Of a stretch of DNA of 64,000 bases, positions 8,046-18,845 are shown one piece after another. Made by a program: the position numbers and the translations under genes. The notes beneath the pieces were generated by a model, which saw nothing but the letters and a program-made list of their open reading frames with translations, searched no databases and was not told where the DNA came from. Numbering within the stretch: position 1 is the stretch's first letter; every line of letters begins with the position of its first letter. The DNA is taken from the sequence record DRR723986_4720; one strand, written 5' to 3'.

Positions 8046-10888
8046 AGCTCCAGCTCCCGGATGAAATGCTTGCGGCGCCGGCGGGTTTGCAGCCAGTTGA
8101 TGGCTGCCAGCAGGAGCAGCCAGGTCACGGCCAGGCCGTAGTTGAAATATTCGATCAGGCGCTGCGCCGGCGCGTCCATGGGCGGCAAGGTGCGGTTGAA
8201 ATGGGCGCGGGAGCGAATATTGAGCAAGGTCTCGTCCTGCAGTGCCCAGTCAACCGCGTTCATAAACAGTTCGATCGGGCCCAGGTACTGGGTTCCCGCT
8301 GCGGCAACCACGGCATTGAGAATCTGGTCGTCGAAAAAGTCATTCGAGCCGATCAGGATGAGGCGCGCTGACTCGGGTGAGCGCTCGATGATTGAGGAGA
8401 CGGTGCCGGCCGTGGCCTGCTCCGGGTCGCTATCGGCCAGCAGGGGGTTGTCGCGGCCGCGGAACCAGCTCTCGAATCGGCCCTGGACGACCACCGCGAT
8501 TTCCTCGGACTGGCGCTGCGCAGCGGGTTCAAAACTGCTGCGTCCGTCGCTGTCGACGCGGGGCATCACATCGAGATCGCTGGATCGCCAGGAGTCCGCT
8601 GAGCTGCGCATCAGGTTGGTTACCCGCAGCCCGCGACTGCGATCGGCGATAATCGGTGACGCCCAGGCCATGGTCAGCTGCGGCATGCTGGCGGTCACCG
8701 GGTGCTGTGGGTTGAGCCCCGGGGGGCGCAGGTCGATGAAGTAGGGATAATCCAGCATCTGTACATCGCGAAACTCGTAGTCACCGACCTGGCGGGTTAC
8801 CGGAACCGGGAACGGCGCGCTCTGCGGGTCCAGCACCAGGTGGGGCAGGATCTCCAGGCCCTGGGCTTTAAGCCAGCCACCGAGGCCGCTGTCCCAGGGC
8901 AGCATCCGCAGCTGCCCCTGGGCGAGCTCCGCGGTGAACGGCGAGGTAGACATCAGCACCGTGCCGCCGCGCATCAGGAACTGGTCAATGGCGAACAGGG
9001 ATTTGTCATCGAGTTGCAGCGGCGCGATCACCGCAAGGATATCGGCACTGGGGTCGATGCTGCCGTCGCCCAGCTGTTCCATGCGGATACTGTAATCCCG
9101 GGTGATCATGCGTTCGAGGTGTTTGAAGCTGGGCGCGCCCAGGTGATAGCGCGCCATCTGCTCATTGATCTCAGGTACCGCCAGCGCGACGGTCTTGGTG
9201 AAACCGCTGGCAAAGCGTTTCAGGCCGGCGTTGAAGGTGCTGCGGAAGGTTTCGGGATCGAAATTTTCGGTGGGTAACTGCACGACCTGGCGCTCATCGG
9301 CGAGCGTCAGGTAAAAGTAAAATTCACGATCATCGTCGAGGGCCGTGATCATGGGTTTGAAGCCCCACTCTTCGGCGATCTGCACGGCCACCGCGCCGTC
9401 GCCGGCTTCCGGTTCGATGAATCGGTAGCGGAACTTCCCTCCCGCCTCCCGGGTGATGGCCTCGAGTTCCGCGCCGATCGCATCCTTGTAGGTCAGCAGC
9501 AGGTCGGGCAGCACGGACTCGTCTGACACATAGGCGACCAGTTCCACCGTGTCCTCTATGCCGTCGAACAGGCTGCCGCCCAGCCGGTAGGCATACAGCA
9601 CATCGCGGATTGCGCGGGTCACGTCAAACTCCGGGTTACGCAGCATCACTTCGGCGGTGCCATTAGCCGCGGTGCGCACCTCGATCAGGTCGGCAAAGCC
9701 CAGCGAGGCGTGCTCGCCGCCATATTCCACGAGCACATTGAAGTAGGCGTTGACCAGTGCCGACTGGTAGCGATCGGCGACCTGGAAGGGTGTCGAAAAT
9801 ATCCCGAAACGCTCGTTTGCCTCCTGCTCCAGCGCGGGGTCGCTCGCCGGATCGATAAATTCCACCCGGATCTGCTGGCCGCCGGCGATTTCATATTCCT
9901 TGAGCAGGTCTTTCAGTTGCGGCACCAGCGGCGCCAGCAGCGGGTGCGTCTTGGCACTGAAATAGCCGCGGATCAGCAGGGGCTCTTCGACCTGGGCGAG
10001 GAACTCGTGAGTCGGCTCGGAGATGGAGTAGAGGCGTCCCTCGGTCAGATCCAGTCGCAGCTGGCTCAAGGGGGTGAGCCACAGGTTCAGCACCAGCAGG
10101 TTGAGCAGCAGCAGGCCGGTAGTGGCGCGCCAGTTGCGGTGCCGCGCGCTGCCGCCGCCGGCCCAGCGTTCGCGTTCCAGGGTGTAAATATTCAGCGCCA
10201 GGAAGGCGACGGTCAGGCTCAGGTAATAGGCCAGGTCCCGGATGTCGATGACGCCACGGGTGATGCTGTCGAAGCGCGCGCCAGTGCCGACCAGGCGCAG
10301 GTTTGCGGCGACACTGTCGTCAAAAAAGCTGGTAAAAGCAGGGCTGCCTGCCAGGTACAGCAGGCCGCAGAGGATGACGCTGCCGATCAGACTGACGATT
10401 GGGTTATCGGTCCGCGCCGATACGAACAGGCCAATACTCAGGTAGGCCGCGCCCAACAGCAGGGCCGCCAGGTAGCCTGCCAGCACCGGACCCCAGTCGA
10501 GATCGGCCATCAGGCCGATAGTGATCGGCAGGGGCAGGGTAGCCGCCAGCGCCAGGACCAGAAGAAACAGGCAGGCCCGGAATTTGCCGAGAACAAAGCG
10601 CCACAGGCCGGCGGGCTGGGTCAGTACGTGTTCCAGGGTTCCGGTGCGGCGCTCCTCGCTCCACATGCGCATGGTCAGGGCGGAGCAGAGAAAGACCAGC
10701 AGCAGGGGCATCCACTCGAACAGCGGCCTGACGTCGGCGACATTGCGGGCGAAGAAGGATTCCGCCCAGAAGAACACGAACAGGCAGACTGCGGCGAAAC
10801 TGGCCAGGAACAGCCATGCCACCGGCGAGGCGAAAAACAGGCGGGTCTCTTTTTGCGCAACCCGGCGACTGACTGCGTTACCCGTCAT
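8042..10888 (-). CDS. GldF-GldG fusion: ABC-2 permease plus periplasmic Gldg/GIFT auxiliary domain
   Basis: ETRLFFASPVAW, WSEERRTGTLEHVLTQP permease; LDLTEGRLYSIS, IDQFLMRGG, NAVDWALQDETLLNIRSR. Start at MTGNAV overlaps the ATPase stop. Confidence 0.88.
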   Translation of the reverse strand: MTGNAVSRRVAQKETRLFFASPVAWLFLASFAAVCLFVFFWAESFFARNVADVRPLFEWMPLLLVFLCSALTMRMWSEERRTGTLEHVLTQPAGLWRFVLGKFRACLFLLVLALAATLPLPITIGLMADLDWGPVLAGYLAALLLGAAYLSIGLFVSARTDNPIVSLIGSVILCGLLYLAGSPAFTSFFDDSVAANLRLVGTGARFDSITRGVIDIRDLAYYLSLTVAFLALNIYTLERERWAGGGSARHRNWRATTGLLLLNLLVLNLWLTPLSQLRLDLTEGRLYSISEPTHEFLAQVEEPLLIRGYFSAKTHPLLAPLVPQLKDLLKEYEIAGGQQIRVEFIDPASDPALEQEANERFGIFSTPFQVADRYQSALVNAYFNVLVEYGGEHASLGFADLIEVRTAANGTAEVMLRNPEFDVTRAIRDVLYAYRLGGSLFDGIEDTVELVAYVSDESVLPDLLLTYKDAIGAELEAITREAGGKFRYRFIEPEAGDGAVAVQIAEEWGFKPMITALDDDREFYFYLTLADERQVVQLPTENFDPETFRSTFNAGLKRFASGFTKTVALAVPEINEQMARYHLGAPSFKHLERMITRDYSIRMEQLGDGSIDPSADILAVIAPLQLDDKSLFAIDQFLMRGGTVLMSTSPFTAELAQGQLRMLPWDSGLGGWLKAQGLEILPHLVLDPQSAPFPVPVTRQVGDYEFRDVQMLDYPYFIDLRPPGLNPQHPVTASMPQLTMAWASPIIADRSRGLRVTNLMRSSADSWRSSDLDVMPRVDSDGRSSFEPAAQRQSEEIAVVVQGRFESWFRGRDNPLLADSDPEQATAGTVSSIIERSPESARLILIGSNDFFDDQILNAVVAAAGTQYLGPIELFMNAVDWALQDETLLNIRSRAHFNRTLPPMDAPAQRLIEYFNYGLAVTWLLLLAAINWLQTRRRRKHFIRELEL

Positions 10889-11819
10889 CGGCCGTCCCCT
10901 GGGTGGCCTCACGAAAGACGCTGTCCAGGTCCCGGACGATCGCCACCAGGCTATAGAGCCGTGACCCTGAGCTGACCACCGCCTGGCCGATATTAGCCGC
11001 CGCGATGTCGGCATCCGCATCATCCCGCAAGCCGAGGATGAACTCGCATTGTCCCGTCTTGCAGGCGCGTTGCTCCACCGAGTTGACCTGGGGTAGCTGG
11101 CGCAGCACGCCCGCCAGGCTTGCTACCGAGTCGCAGGTACGCAGCAGGAAAGTGCGGCTGTCCCGCAGCCAGGCCAGCTGTTCATCCAGCACCAGGCGAC
11201 CATTATTGAGCACCAGCACCCGGTCACAGATTGCCTCGACTTCCTGCATGATGTGAGTCGAGAGGATGATCGTCGCCTGGCGCGCCAGCCGGCGGATCAG
11301 CTGGCGCATCTGCTCGGTTTGTCCGGGGTCGAGGCCATTGGTTGGTTCGTCGAGGATGAGCAGGCGCGGTTGGCCAAGAATTGCCTGGGCCACGCCGACC
11401 CGCTGCTTCAAGCCCCGCGACAGGGTAGCGATCGGGTCGAGCGCGCGCGCGCCCAGGTCGGTGGCGAGAATGGCCTCGCGCAGAGCGCGGCTGCGCCGGC
11501 TCCGGTCGATGCCCTTGATCGTCGCCGTGTAGTCCAGGTAGTCCGCTACCGACATCTCCGGGTATACCGGCAGGTTCTCCGGCAGATAGCCCAGCTGGCG
11601 CTGCACCGCGCCGGGGTCAACGGCCACGTCGATTCCGGCGATCTCGATATGCCCTGCGCCGGGCTCGAGGTAGCCACTGAGCATCTTCATGATGGTCGAT
11701 TTTCCGGCACCGTTGTGGCCCAGCAACCCGACAATTTCATTGTCGGCGATGGAGAACGAGACTTTATCGACTGCGGTGATGTGACCGTAGCGCCGCGTCA
11801 GTGATTGCACTTCGATCAT
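10878..11819 (-). CDS. ABC transporter ATP-binding protein (GldA-like)
   Basis: GHNGAGKST, LSRGLKQRVG, ILDEPTNGLD, STH. Confidence 0.95.
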   Translation of the reverse strand: MIEVQSLTRRYGHITAVDKVSFSIADNEIVGLLGHNGAGKSTIMKMLSGYLEPGAGHIEIAGIDVAVDPGAVQRQLGYLPENLPVYPEMSVADYLDYTATIKGIDRSRRSRALREAILATDLGARALDPIATLSRGLKQRVGVAQAILGQPRLLILDEPTNGLDPGQTEQMRQLIRRLARQATIILSTHIMQEVEAICDRVLVLNNGRLVLDEQLAWLRDSRTFLLRTCDSVASLAGVLRQLPQVNSVEQRACKTGQCEFILGLRDDADADIAAANIGQAVVSSGSRLYSLVAIVRDLDSVFREATQGTADDG

Positions 11820-11845
11820 GGGTGAGGAGGCAACCGCGTTTAGCG

Positions 11846-12604
11846 TCAGGGGAAAAACAGTAGCTTAGCAATAAACGCCACCAGCACAAGATTAAGTATG
11901 ACCCGGATCAGCTTTTCACCGCGGGAGACAGTGAAATGTGCTCCGAGGTAGCCACCGATAGCGTTGCCCAGCGCCAGCGCTGCACCCACGACCCACAGAA
12001 TCTCTACCTGGGTAGCGAAGACCAGCAGGGCGACCACCGTATAGCAGGCGACAATGAACACCTTGTGCATGTTGGTCCGGACCAGGTCCAGGCCCATTAC
12101 CCGGTTGAGTACCGGCATGATGATGAAGCCGACGCCGATCTGAATGAACCCGCCCCAGAAGCCAACCCCCACCATCATCAGGTGGCCGCGGACCAGTTGC
12201 TGGCGAGTGGGCTGGCCACCAGTGTCGTTGTCGCGTTTGCCGGCGTCGAAGTGCATGATCAGCATCACCGCAACCATGATCAGCGCCAGGATCCGGTTAA
12301 ACCACGGTCCTTCCAGGTTGACCCCGACCAGCGCGCCCGCGACCGCGCCCGGGATCGCACAGGCCGCCAGGCTGAGGCTGAGCCGGAAATCGGCGAAGCC
12401 CCGACGAAAAAATGCAGTAATAGCCGACAGGTTCTGGGCCAGGATAGCGATACGGTTGGTGCCGTTGGCCACCGGGCCGGGCAGGCCCATGAATACCATC
12501 ACCGGCACCGTCAGCAGGGAGCCGCCCCCCGCCATCACGTTCAGGAAGCCGGCGATGATGCCAACCCCGGTGAGTAGGGCGGCCTGCCAGAGGGACAGGT
12601 CCAA
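11846..12604 (-). CDS. TauE/SafE sulfite exporter family protein
   Basis: AGFLNVMAGGGSLLTVP, ANGTNR, GGFIQIGVG; about 8 TM. Confidence 0.9.
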   Translation of the reverse strand: MDLSLWQAALLTGVGIIAGFLNVMAGGGSLLTVPVMVFMGLPGPVANGTNRIAILAQNLSAITAFFRRGFADFRLSLSLAACAIPGAVAGALVGVNLEGPWFNRILALIMVAVMLIMHFDAGKRDNDTGGQPTRQQLVRGHLMMVGVGFWGGFIQIGVGFIIMPVLNRVMGLDLVRTNMHKVFIVACYTVVALLVFATQVEILWVVGAALALGNAIGGYLGAHFTVSRGEKLIRVILNLVLVAFIAKLLFFP

Positions 12605-12605
12605 C

Positions 12606-13964
12606 TCAGTCTTCCACCCAGGGCTCGCGCATGGTCACGAATTCCTCGGCGGCGGTGGGGTGAATGCCGATGGTCGTATCGAACAGCGCCTTGGTCGCTC
12701 CCGCGCGCATGGCAATGGCCAGGCCCTGCATGATCTCGCCGGCATCCGGCCCGACCATATGCGCCCCCACCACTCGATCAGTCGCGGTGTCGACGATCAG
12801 TTTCATCAGCGACTTTTCGTCACGGCCGCTGATCGTGTGCTTCATTGGCTTGAAGGTCGACTTGAACTGGGTGATATCGCGGAAATGCGCCCGCGCTTCC
12901 TCTTCGGTGAAACCGACGGTACCGATATTGGGCTGGCAGAAAACCGCGGTGGGAATGAAGTCATAGGCCACCACGGACTCGGTATCGCCGAACTGGCGGC
13001 GGGCGAAGGCCATGCCCTCGGCCAGCGCCACGGGGGTGAGTTCGGGGCCGCCGGTGATATCGCCAAGGGCGAAAATGCCCGGTTCGGAAGTCTGGAACTC
13101 GTGGTCCACGGCGATCTCCCCGCTGTCCTTGAGCTCGACATTTACGTTTTCCAGGCCCAGTCCTTCCAGGTGTGGTTTGCGGCCGGTGGCGTAGAGCACG
13201 GCGTCAGCAATCAACTCGCCGCCATCTTCCAGCCTGATATGCAGGCCGTCGGCGGTGCGGGAAATTGATTCGATATTGCTCTCGAAGCGCAAATCGACCC
13301 CCGACTTGGCGATCTCCTGGGCGGCGTGCGCCCGGATGTCGGCGTCAAAGCCCCGCAGGAACAGGGGGCCGCGATACAGCTGGGTGACACTGGAGCCCAG
13401 GCCGTTGAAGATGCCCGCGAACTCGACCGCGATATAGCCCCCGCCCACCACGACCAGCCGCCGGGGAAACTCGTCCAGGTCAAAAATCTCGTTGGAGCTG
13501 ACCACGTGCTCGCTGCCGGGGAAGGGCGGGATATAGGGCCAGGTGCCGGTGGCGATGAGGATGCGATCGGTGCTGTAGTGCTGCTCGCCAACCGCCACGG
13601 TGTGCGCATCGACGATCCGGGCGCGGCCGTCGATGATCTCGGCTTCCACCCCGTCCAGCAGGCGCCGGTAGATTGCATTGAGCCGGGAAATCTCGGTCTT
13701 CTTGTTATCGCGCAAGGTAGCCCAGTCGAAAGGTGGCTGCTGGCTGTCCCAGCCGAAGCCGCGGGCATCCGCAAAGCCCTTGCCGTATTCCGAGGCATAA
13801 ACATACAGTTTCTTGGGTACACAGCCGACGTTGACGCAGGTACCGCCCATGTAACGGTCCTCGGCGATGGCGACTCGCGCGCCGAATCCTGCCGCCATGC
13901 GCGCCGCGCGCACACCACCTGACCCAGCCCCGATAACGAACAGGTCGTAGTCTCTCTCGCTCAC
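12606..13964 (-). CDS. gor: Glutathione-disulfide reductase
   Basis: [39 protein letters not shown] start with GGGAG RBS. Confidence 0.96.
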   Translation of the reverse strand: MSERDYDLFVIGAGSGGVRAARMAAGFGARVAIAEDRYMGGTCVNVGCVPKKLYVYASEYGKGFADARGFGWDSQQPPFDWATLRDNKKTEISRLNAIYRRLLDGVEAEIIDGRARIVDAHTVAVGEQHYSTDRILIATGTWPYIPPFPGSEHVVSSNEIFDLDEFPRRLVVVGGGYIAVEFAGIFNGLGSSVTQLYRGPLFLRGFDADIRAHAAQEIAKSGVDLRFESNIESISRTADGLHIRLEDGGELIADAVLYATGRKPHLEGLGLENVNVELKDSGEIAVDHEFQTSEPGIFALGDITGGPELTPVALAEGMAFARRQFGDTESVVAYDFIPTAVFCQPNIGTVGFTEEEARAHFRDITQFKSTFKPMKHTISGRDEKSLMKLIVDTATDRVVGAHMVGPDAGEIMQGLAIAMRAGATKALFDTTIGIHPTAAEEFVTMREPWVED

Positions 13965-14146
13965 ACTCTTTCTCCCTGATTGAGCAGCCAGTCTAGCAGT
14001 CCCGGCGTGGACTGAACCAGATGCCGGGGCTCGGCTGCGCTGGTTTTCTACGCATTGCCACATCGATCCTTTACAATGTTTGCCGATAAATTAACCCGCA
14101 ATGCAATCCGGGAGGTTCCCGGGACCAACGAAAAGGTAGGTAAATC

Positions 14147-15193
14147 ATGGTAGGGATTTACAGGAAGGGCCTGTTGGCGGCCCTGTATGCGACGCTGCTA
14201 TGCCTGGCCGGTCCGGCCCTGGCCGAGGGCGATGCGGCGCTGGATCGCGTCGTACTCAAAAATGGCTCCACCGTGCTCGGCACGGTGACAGGCAGTCGTG
14301 ACGGTGTTATCAGTGTGGACACGGACTTTGCCGGTACCCTGGAGATTGCCCAGGACCAGATCGTGGCGCTGCACAGTAGCGAGCCCATGGTCCTGCAACT
14401 GGCTGACGGGACCGTTCTGGAAGCGCAGCCGCTGATGGTTCAGGACGAGCAGCTGGTGGTCTCCGGCACGGTGCCGGGAACCACCTTCAGTATCACCGAC
14501 CTGTCGCGGATCGATCCGGAGCCCTGGGAGCTCGGCTACGGCTACAACTGGACCGGGCTGGTGAATTTCGCCCTCCAGGTGCAGCGGGGCAATACGGACA
14601 CGGACGAGCTGGATTACAAGCTCGATACCAAGTGGCGCAGTGTTGATGATCGTTACACCCTGCGCATGGACGGTGAGCTGGACAAGTCCAATGGCATCAA
14701 GAATGCCGACAACTGGACCGTGCTCGGCAAGTACGACCGCTTCCTGGAAGATCGCTGGTACATGGGTGTGAACATGTCGATCGAGCAGGACGAATTCGCT
14801 GACCTGGACCTTCGCTACTACCTCGGGCCATACATGGGGCGCGAGTTCTACACCGACCCGATCTTCATGCTCGAGGCCGAGGCCGGCCTGGCCTATGTCA
14901 ACGAGGACTTCATCGTTGCCGAGGACCAGGATTACCCGGGTGCCAACTGGAACCTGAAGATGTCCAGTAACTACCTGGGTGGTGACTCGCGCCTGTACAT
15001 CGACCACCTCGGTATCTGGAACCTGGACGACACCTCGGACATGATTCTTAACACCACCTTCGGTCTGGCTTTCCCACTGCTGTTCGGTTTGGAGGCGGCG
15101 GCGGAAGTGCTGCTCGAGTACGATTCCGGCGCGGTGGCCGGGGTCGAGGAACTGCAGGAGACCTACAAGCTGCGCATCGGCTACGGCTGGTAG
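14147..15193 (+). CDS. DUF481/YdiY-family outer-membrane beta-barrel with N-terminal extension
   Basis: Signal peptide, DRVVLKNG extension, RGNTDT, EQDEFADLDLR, terminal GYGW. Confidence 0.82.
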   Translation: MVGIYRKGLLAALYATLLCLAGPALAEGDAALDRVVLKNGSTVLGTVTGSRDGVISVDTDFAGTLEIAQDQIVALHSSEPMVLQLADGTVLEAQPLMVQDEQLVVSGTVPGTTFSITDLSRIDPEPWELGYGYNWTGLVNFALQVQRGNTDTDELDYKLDTKWRSVDDRYTLRMDGELDKSNGIKNADNWTVLGKYDRFLEDRWYMGVNMSIEQDEFADLDLRYYLGPYMGREFYTDPIFMLEAEAGLAYVNEDFIVAEDQDYPGANWNLKMSSNYLGGDSRLYIDHLGIWNLDDTSDMILNTTFGLAFPLLFGLEAAAEVLLEYDSGAVAGVEELQETYKLRIGYGW

Positions 15194-15218
15194 GCCGGGG
15201 AGTGCGCTCGTGCGCCGC

Positions 15219-16289
15219 CTAGTTCGGCAGGCGCGCGCGGCGCACGGCAGTAGCCAGCTGCTCCAGCAGCGGCACGGTGTCGGCGAGTGACAGGCAGGCA
15301 TCGGTAATGCTCTGGCCGTAACGCAGTGCCGCCGGGTCGGCCAGCGGCTGGCTGCCGGCCACCAGGTGGCTTTCCAGCATGACGCCGCACAGGGCGGTCT
15401 GGCCCTGCTCGATCTGGTCGCACAGATCCGCCACTACCAGCGCCTGACGCGCCGGATCCTTGTCGCTGTTGCCGTGACTGCAGTCGACAATCACGGACGC
15501 CGGCAGGTCGTGATCCGCCAGGGCGACCGCCGCCCGCTGCATCGCGGCCGCGTCAAAATTGGGGCCCGACTGCTTGCCGCCGCGCAGGATCAGGTGGCAG
15601 TCCGGGTTGCCGGTGGAACGCAGTACCGCGGGCGTACCCTCCTTGGTCAGGGAGGGGAACCAGTGTTCCTGCCTGGCCGAACGTATCGCGTCGATCGCCA
15701 CGTCGATAGCGCCGTTGGTGCCGTTCTTGAAACCCACGGGCATGGACAGGCCGCTGGCCAGTTCCCGGTGAATCTGGCTTTCCACCGTGCGGGCACCAAT
15801 AGCGCCAAAGCTCACCAGCTCGGCGTAATACTGGCCAAAGGTGGTGTCGAGGAATTCGCTGGCCGCCGGGAGATCCAGTCGCGCGACGTCCAGGAGTACC
15901 TGGCGCGCAAGGTGCAGGCCCCGATTGATGTGGAAACTGCCGTCGAGATCCGGATCGTTGATCAGTCCCTTCCAGCCAACCACTGTGCGCGGTTTTTCGA
16001 AGTACACCCGCAACACCGGCAGCAGGGCATCCTGCAGTGGCTCGCAAGCCGCCTTCAGTTGCCGGGCGTAATCCTGCAGGGCCTCGGGGTCGTGGACAGA
16101 ACAGGGTCCGATGATGGCCAGCAGGCGGGGGTCGTCGCCGCGCAGGATGGATGCTATGGCGCGGCGATGGTGGACGATTTTTTCCGCCAGGGGCCCCGAC
16201 AGGGGGAGCTCTTCCGCCAGCACCCAGGGCGTGATAAGCGGCCTGGCCTGGCTGATCCGGATGTCGGTGATACCGTCGTCGCTACTCAT
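15219..16289 (-). CDS. aroG: 3-deoxy-7-phosphoheptulonate (DAHP) synthase, class I alpha
   Basis: GPCSVHD, RVYFEKPRT, IGARTVESQIHRE, DCSHGNS, YGQSITDAC; isoform (aroG/F/H) uncertain. Confidence 0.93.
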   Translation of the reverse strand: MSSDDGITDIRISQARPLITPWVLAEELPLSGPLAEKIVHHRRAIASILRGDDPRLLAIIGPCSVHDPEALQDYARQLKAACEPLQDALLPVLRVYFEKPRTVVGWKGLINDPDLDGSFHINRGLHLARQVLLDVARLDLPAASEFLDTTFGQYYAELVSFGAIGARTVESQIHRELASGLSMPVGFKNGTNGAIDVAIDAIRSARQEHWFPSLTKEGTPAVLRSTGNPDCHLILRGGKQSGPNFDAAAMQRAAVALADHDLPASVIVDCSHGNSDKDPARQALVVADLCDQIEQGQTALCGVMLESHLVAGSQPLADPAALRYGQSITDACLSLADTVPLLEQLATAVRRARLPN

Positions 16290-16331
16290 GTTATGTGCCC
16301 CGGCGCGTGGCCGGGCATTGTGTACCAGCGT

Positions 16332-17762
16332 CTACTGGCCGGCAAGCGCGCGGTCCTGGCGCCGGCTGACCAGCGCGGCCTGGATCTCCTCTACCTGTTC
16401 CCTGCGCATCCTGATCCGCAGTACCAGTAGCAGCGACAGCAACTGCAGCGGGATGACCCCCAGGCCCAGGGCGTAGATCAGGGCGTCCAGCGTTTCCCGG
16501 GGCAGCTCTCCCGGCAGGGCGCCGGTGGGCAGGGCAATGACATCCAGCGCGATACCGGCGTACACCGGTCCGAAAATCGTCGCCAGCTTGTTGATGAAGT
16601 TGATCGCGGAAAAAAAGCCCGCCTCCTGGCGCACGTCGTGAGTTAACTCATGCTCATCGGCGATATCCGCCACGATGGACTGGGTGTTTACCGAGCGCAG
16701 CGCGAACAGGTACATGTACAGGAGCATGAAACAGAAGTTGAGGACGAAGACCGTGGTACTGCCGTTGGCCGGCAGCAGGTCGAGCAGCTTGAGTGGATAG
16801 AGCCAGAAGCAGTTCAGCAGCAAGCCCGCCACCGCCAGGTGCAGCTGCTGGCATTTGTGCAGGTGGCGGCCCAGAGGGCGCAGGCTGAGCATCACCAGTG
16901 TCACCGCCAGCAGGCTGGGTATCGAGAGAATGATCGAGACCTCAATCGCGCTGAACTCCCAGACATAGGTCCACACCAGCATGTTGAGGGTGACCATCGC
17001 CCCGTAGGCCATCATCGTCGCCACCTCGTAGCCGATCAGCATGCGGAAATTACGGTTCTCCAGGGTTCGTGCCAGGTCGCGCAGCAGGTTCGCCGGGGTG
17101 GCGGCGCCGGCGCTCTCCAGCGGGTTGCGGGCGTAACGGCGGGTACCGAAGCTGCTGATGGTCGCCATGACCCAGACCACCAGGCAGGACAGGGCGCCGT
17201 ACAGCGGATAATTGGCGCTGACGAAGCGGCCGTCCACGCCCCCGTCCTCGGCAAAAATAAACAGCAGGCCCACGGCCGGCAGAAACACGGCAAACAGGAA
17301 CATAAAGGCCATGCGTACCCCCAGCACCTGGCTGCGTTCCTGGTAGTCTGCGGTAAGCTCGGTGGACAGTGCCAGGTGGGGGATGGAGAAGGTCGTCACG
17401 AAGGTCCGCACCCAGAGCGACCAGAACAGCAGCCATGCAGCCAGCCCCGCGGTGCTGTCAGCAACGCTCGCGGGCGGTGCGAACAGGCCGAAGAAACCGA
17501 TACCCAGCGGAAGTATGCTCAGCACCATGAACGGGTGGCGGCGGCCGTAGCGACTGCGCAGCCGGTCTGACAGGGTCCCGGTGAGGGGGTCAGACAGCGC
17601 ATCCCAGAACAGGCTGACAGAAATGATGACGCCGGTGATGGTGCCGTCCAGGCCCAGGACCTGGGTGTAGAACAGCAGCACGAACATGGCGTAGGCCGCT
17701 TCTTTGACGGCATAGACCGCGCCGCCAGCGCCGTACAACAAGCGGGTTCTGCGGTCGATCAT
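16332..17762 (-). CDS. MFS transporter, GPH (glycoside-pentoside-hexuronide) family
   Basis: WDALSDPLTGTLSDRLRSRYGRRHPF, ELTADYQERS, ADIADEHE. Confidence 0.9.
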   Translation of the reverse strand: MIDRRTRLLYGAGGAVYAVKEAAYAMFVLLFYTQVLGLDGTITGVIISVSLFWDALSDPLTGTLSDRLRSRYGRRHPFMVLSILPLGIGFFGLFAPPASVADSTAGLAAWLLFWSLWVRTFVTTFSIPHLALSTELTADYQERSQVLGVRMAFMFLFAVFLPAVGLLFIFAEDGGVDGRFVSANYPLYGALSCLVVWVMATISSFGTRRYARNPLESAGAATPANLLRDLARTLENRNFRMLIGYEVATMMAYGAMVTLNMLVWTYVWEFSAIEVSIILSIPSLLAVTLVMLSLRPLGRHLHKCQQLHLAVAGLLLNCFWLYPLKLLDLLPANGSTTVFVLNFCFMLLYMYLFALRSVNTQSIVADIADEHELTHDVRQEAGFFSAINFINKLATIFGPVYAGIALDVIALPTGALPGELPRETLDALIYALGLGVIPLQLLSLLLVLRIRMRREQVEEIQAALVSRRQDRALAGQ

Positions 17763-17928
17763 GTGACTTGCTGGCCGGGCATGGCTGGAGTCTGGGTTGT
17801 GTCTGGCCTGCTGTAAAGTGGTTCAGCCTGGACTGTCCAGCTTAATACACGCTGAATAACCGGCGGCGGCTTGATTCACCGCGTCATGCCCTTATGCTCG
17901 GCGGTTTGGTTTCGGGGATGGAAGAGCT

Positions 17929-18753
17929 ATGCCGGAGGGTCCTGAAATTCGGCGTGCCGCCGATCTGGTCGCGGCGGTCCTGGAGGGGCAAACGGTTGAG
18001 AAGGTGAGCTTCGGCCAGCCGCGCCTCAGGCGTTATGGGAAACCACTTAGCGGCGCCCGGGTGTTGGAGGTGGAAACCCGCGGCAAGGCGATGCTCACCC
18101 ATTTTGATATCGGTCAGACGATCTATTCCCACAACCAGCTTTACGGTGTCTGGAAAGTCGCCGCGCGGGGCAAGCTGCCAGCCACTGCCCGCTCCCTTCG
18201 CCTGGCGCTGCATACGGCTGAGTACAGCGCCTTGCTATACAGCGCTTCAGACATCAGCGTCTGGCCGACCGGCGAGCTGGGGCAACACCCGTTCCTCGCA
18301 CGGATCGGGCCGGACATCCTGGCGCGTGAACTGGACTGGCAGGAAGTGGCTGCGCGCCTGCAGCAGCCGGGCGTTATCGGACGTCAGCTATCCGCCGTTT
18401 ACCTCGACCAGGCTTTCCTGGCGGGGATCGGCAATTACCTGCGGGCAGAGATCCTGTTTGATGCCGGCATTTATCCAGGGCGCAGAGCGGCAGACCTTGG
18501 CCGTGGCGAGCGCGGCCGGCTGGCCCGCAGTACGCTGGCAATCAGCCGGCGCAGTTACCGGACAGCGGGTATCACCCTGGGCCCGGCCCTGGCCAGGCAG
18601 CTTGAGCGACTGGAGCTGCCCTGGGAACGGCGGCGCTTCGCCGTCTTTGGCCGCGGCGGCCTTCCCTGTTTTCGCTGCGGCAGCGAGATTCAGCATGACA
18701 CGATGAACAGTCGGCGTATCTACTGGTGCCCGGTCTGCCAGCCGGCTGAATGA
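17929..18753 (+). CDS. nei: Endonuclease VIII (Fpg/Nei glycosylase)
   Basis: MPEGPE, RGKAML, YSHNQLYGVW, H2TH AGIGNYLRAE, zinc finger CFRC...CPVCQ. Confidence 0.93.
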   Translation: MPEGPEIRRAADLVAAVLEGQTVEKVSFGQPRLRRYGKPLSGARVLEVETRGKAMLTHFDIGQTIYSHNQLYGVWKVAARGKLPATARSLRLALHTAEYSALLYSASDISVWPTGELGQHPFLARIGPDILARELDWQEVAARLQQPGVIGRQLSAVYLDQAFLAGIGNYLRAEILFDAGIYPGRRAADLGRGERGRLARSTLAISRRSYRTAGITLGPALARQLERLELPWERRRFAVFGRGGLPCFRCGSEIQHDTMNSRRIYWCPVCQPAE

Positions 18754-18845
18754 GCTGCGCTATCGCGGGCTCCTTTTTGTTTCCCTGGCGGCATTGCCGT
18801 ACAATCGGGGCAATCTCAGCTCTCTCGTCAGTGTCTCGTCTGCCT

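Noticed and set aside
9710-10975. Long antisense ORF (421 aa); similar ones at 12144-13268, 14198-15301, 15366-16430, 37519-38685, 53129-54472 and 57700-58821
   Set aside because: Shadow ORFs opposite well-supported genes, expected from high-GC codon bias; no motifs or RBS
8042-11819. Gliding-motility system
   Set aside because: GldA/F/G-like ABC genes are widespread in non-gliding bacteria; no T9SS or gldJ-N genes here
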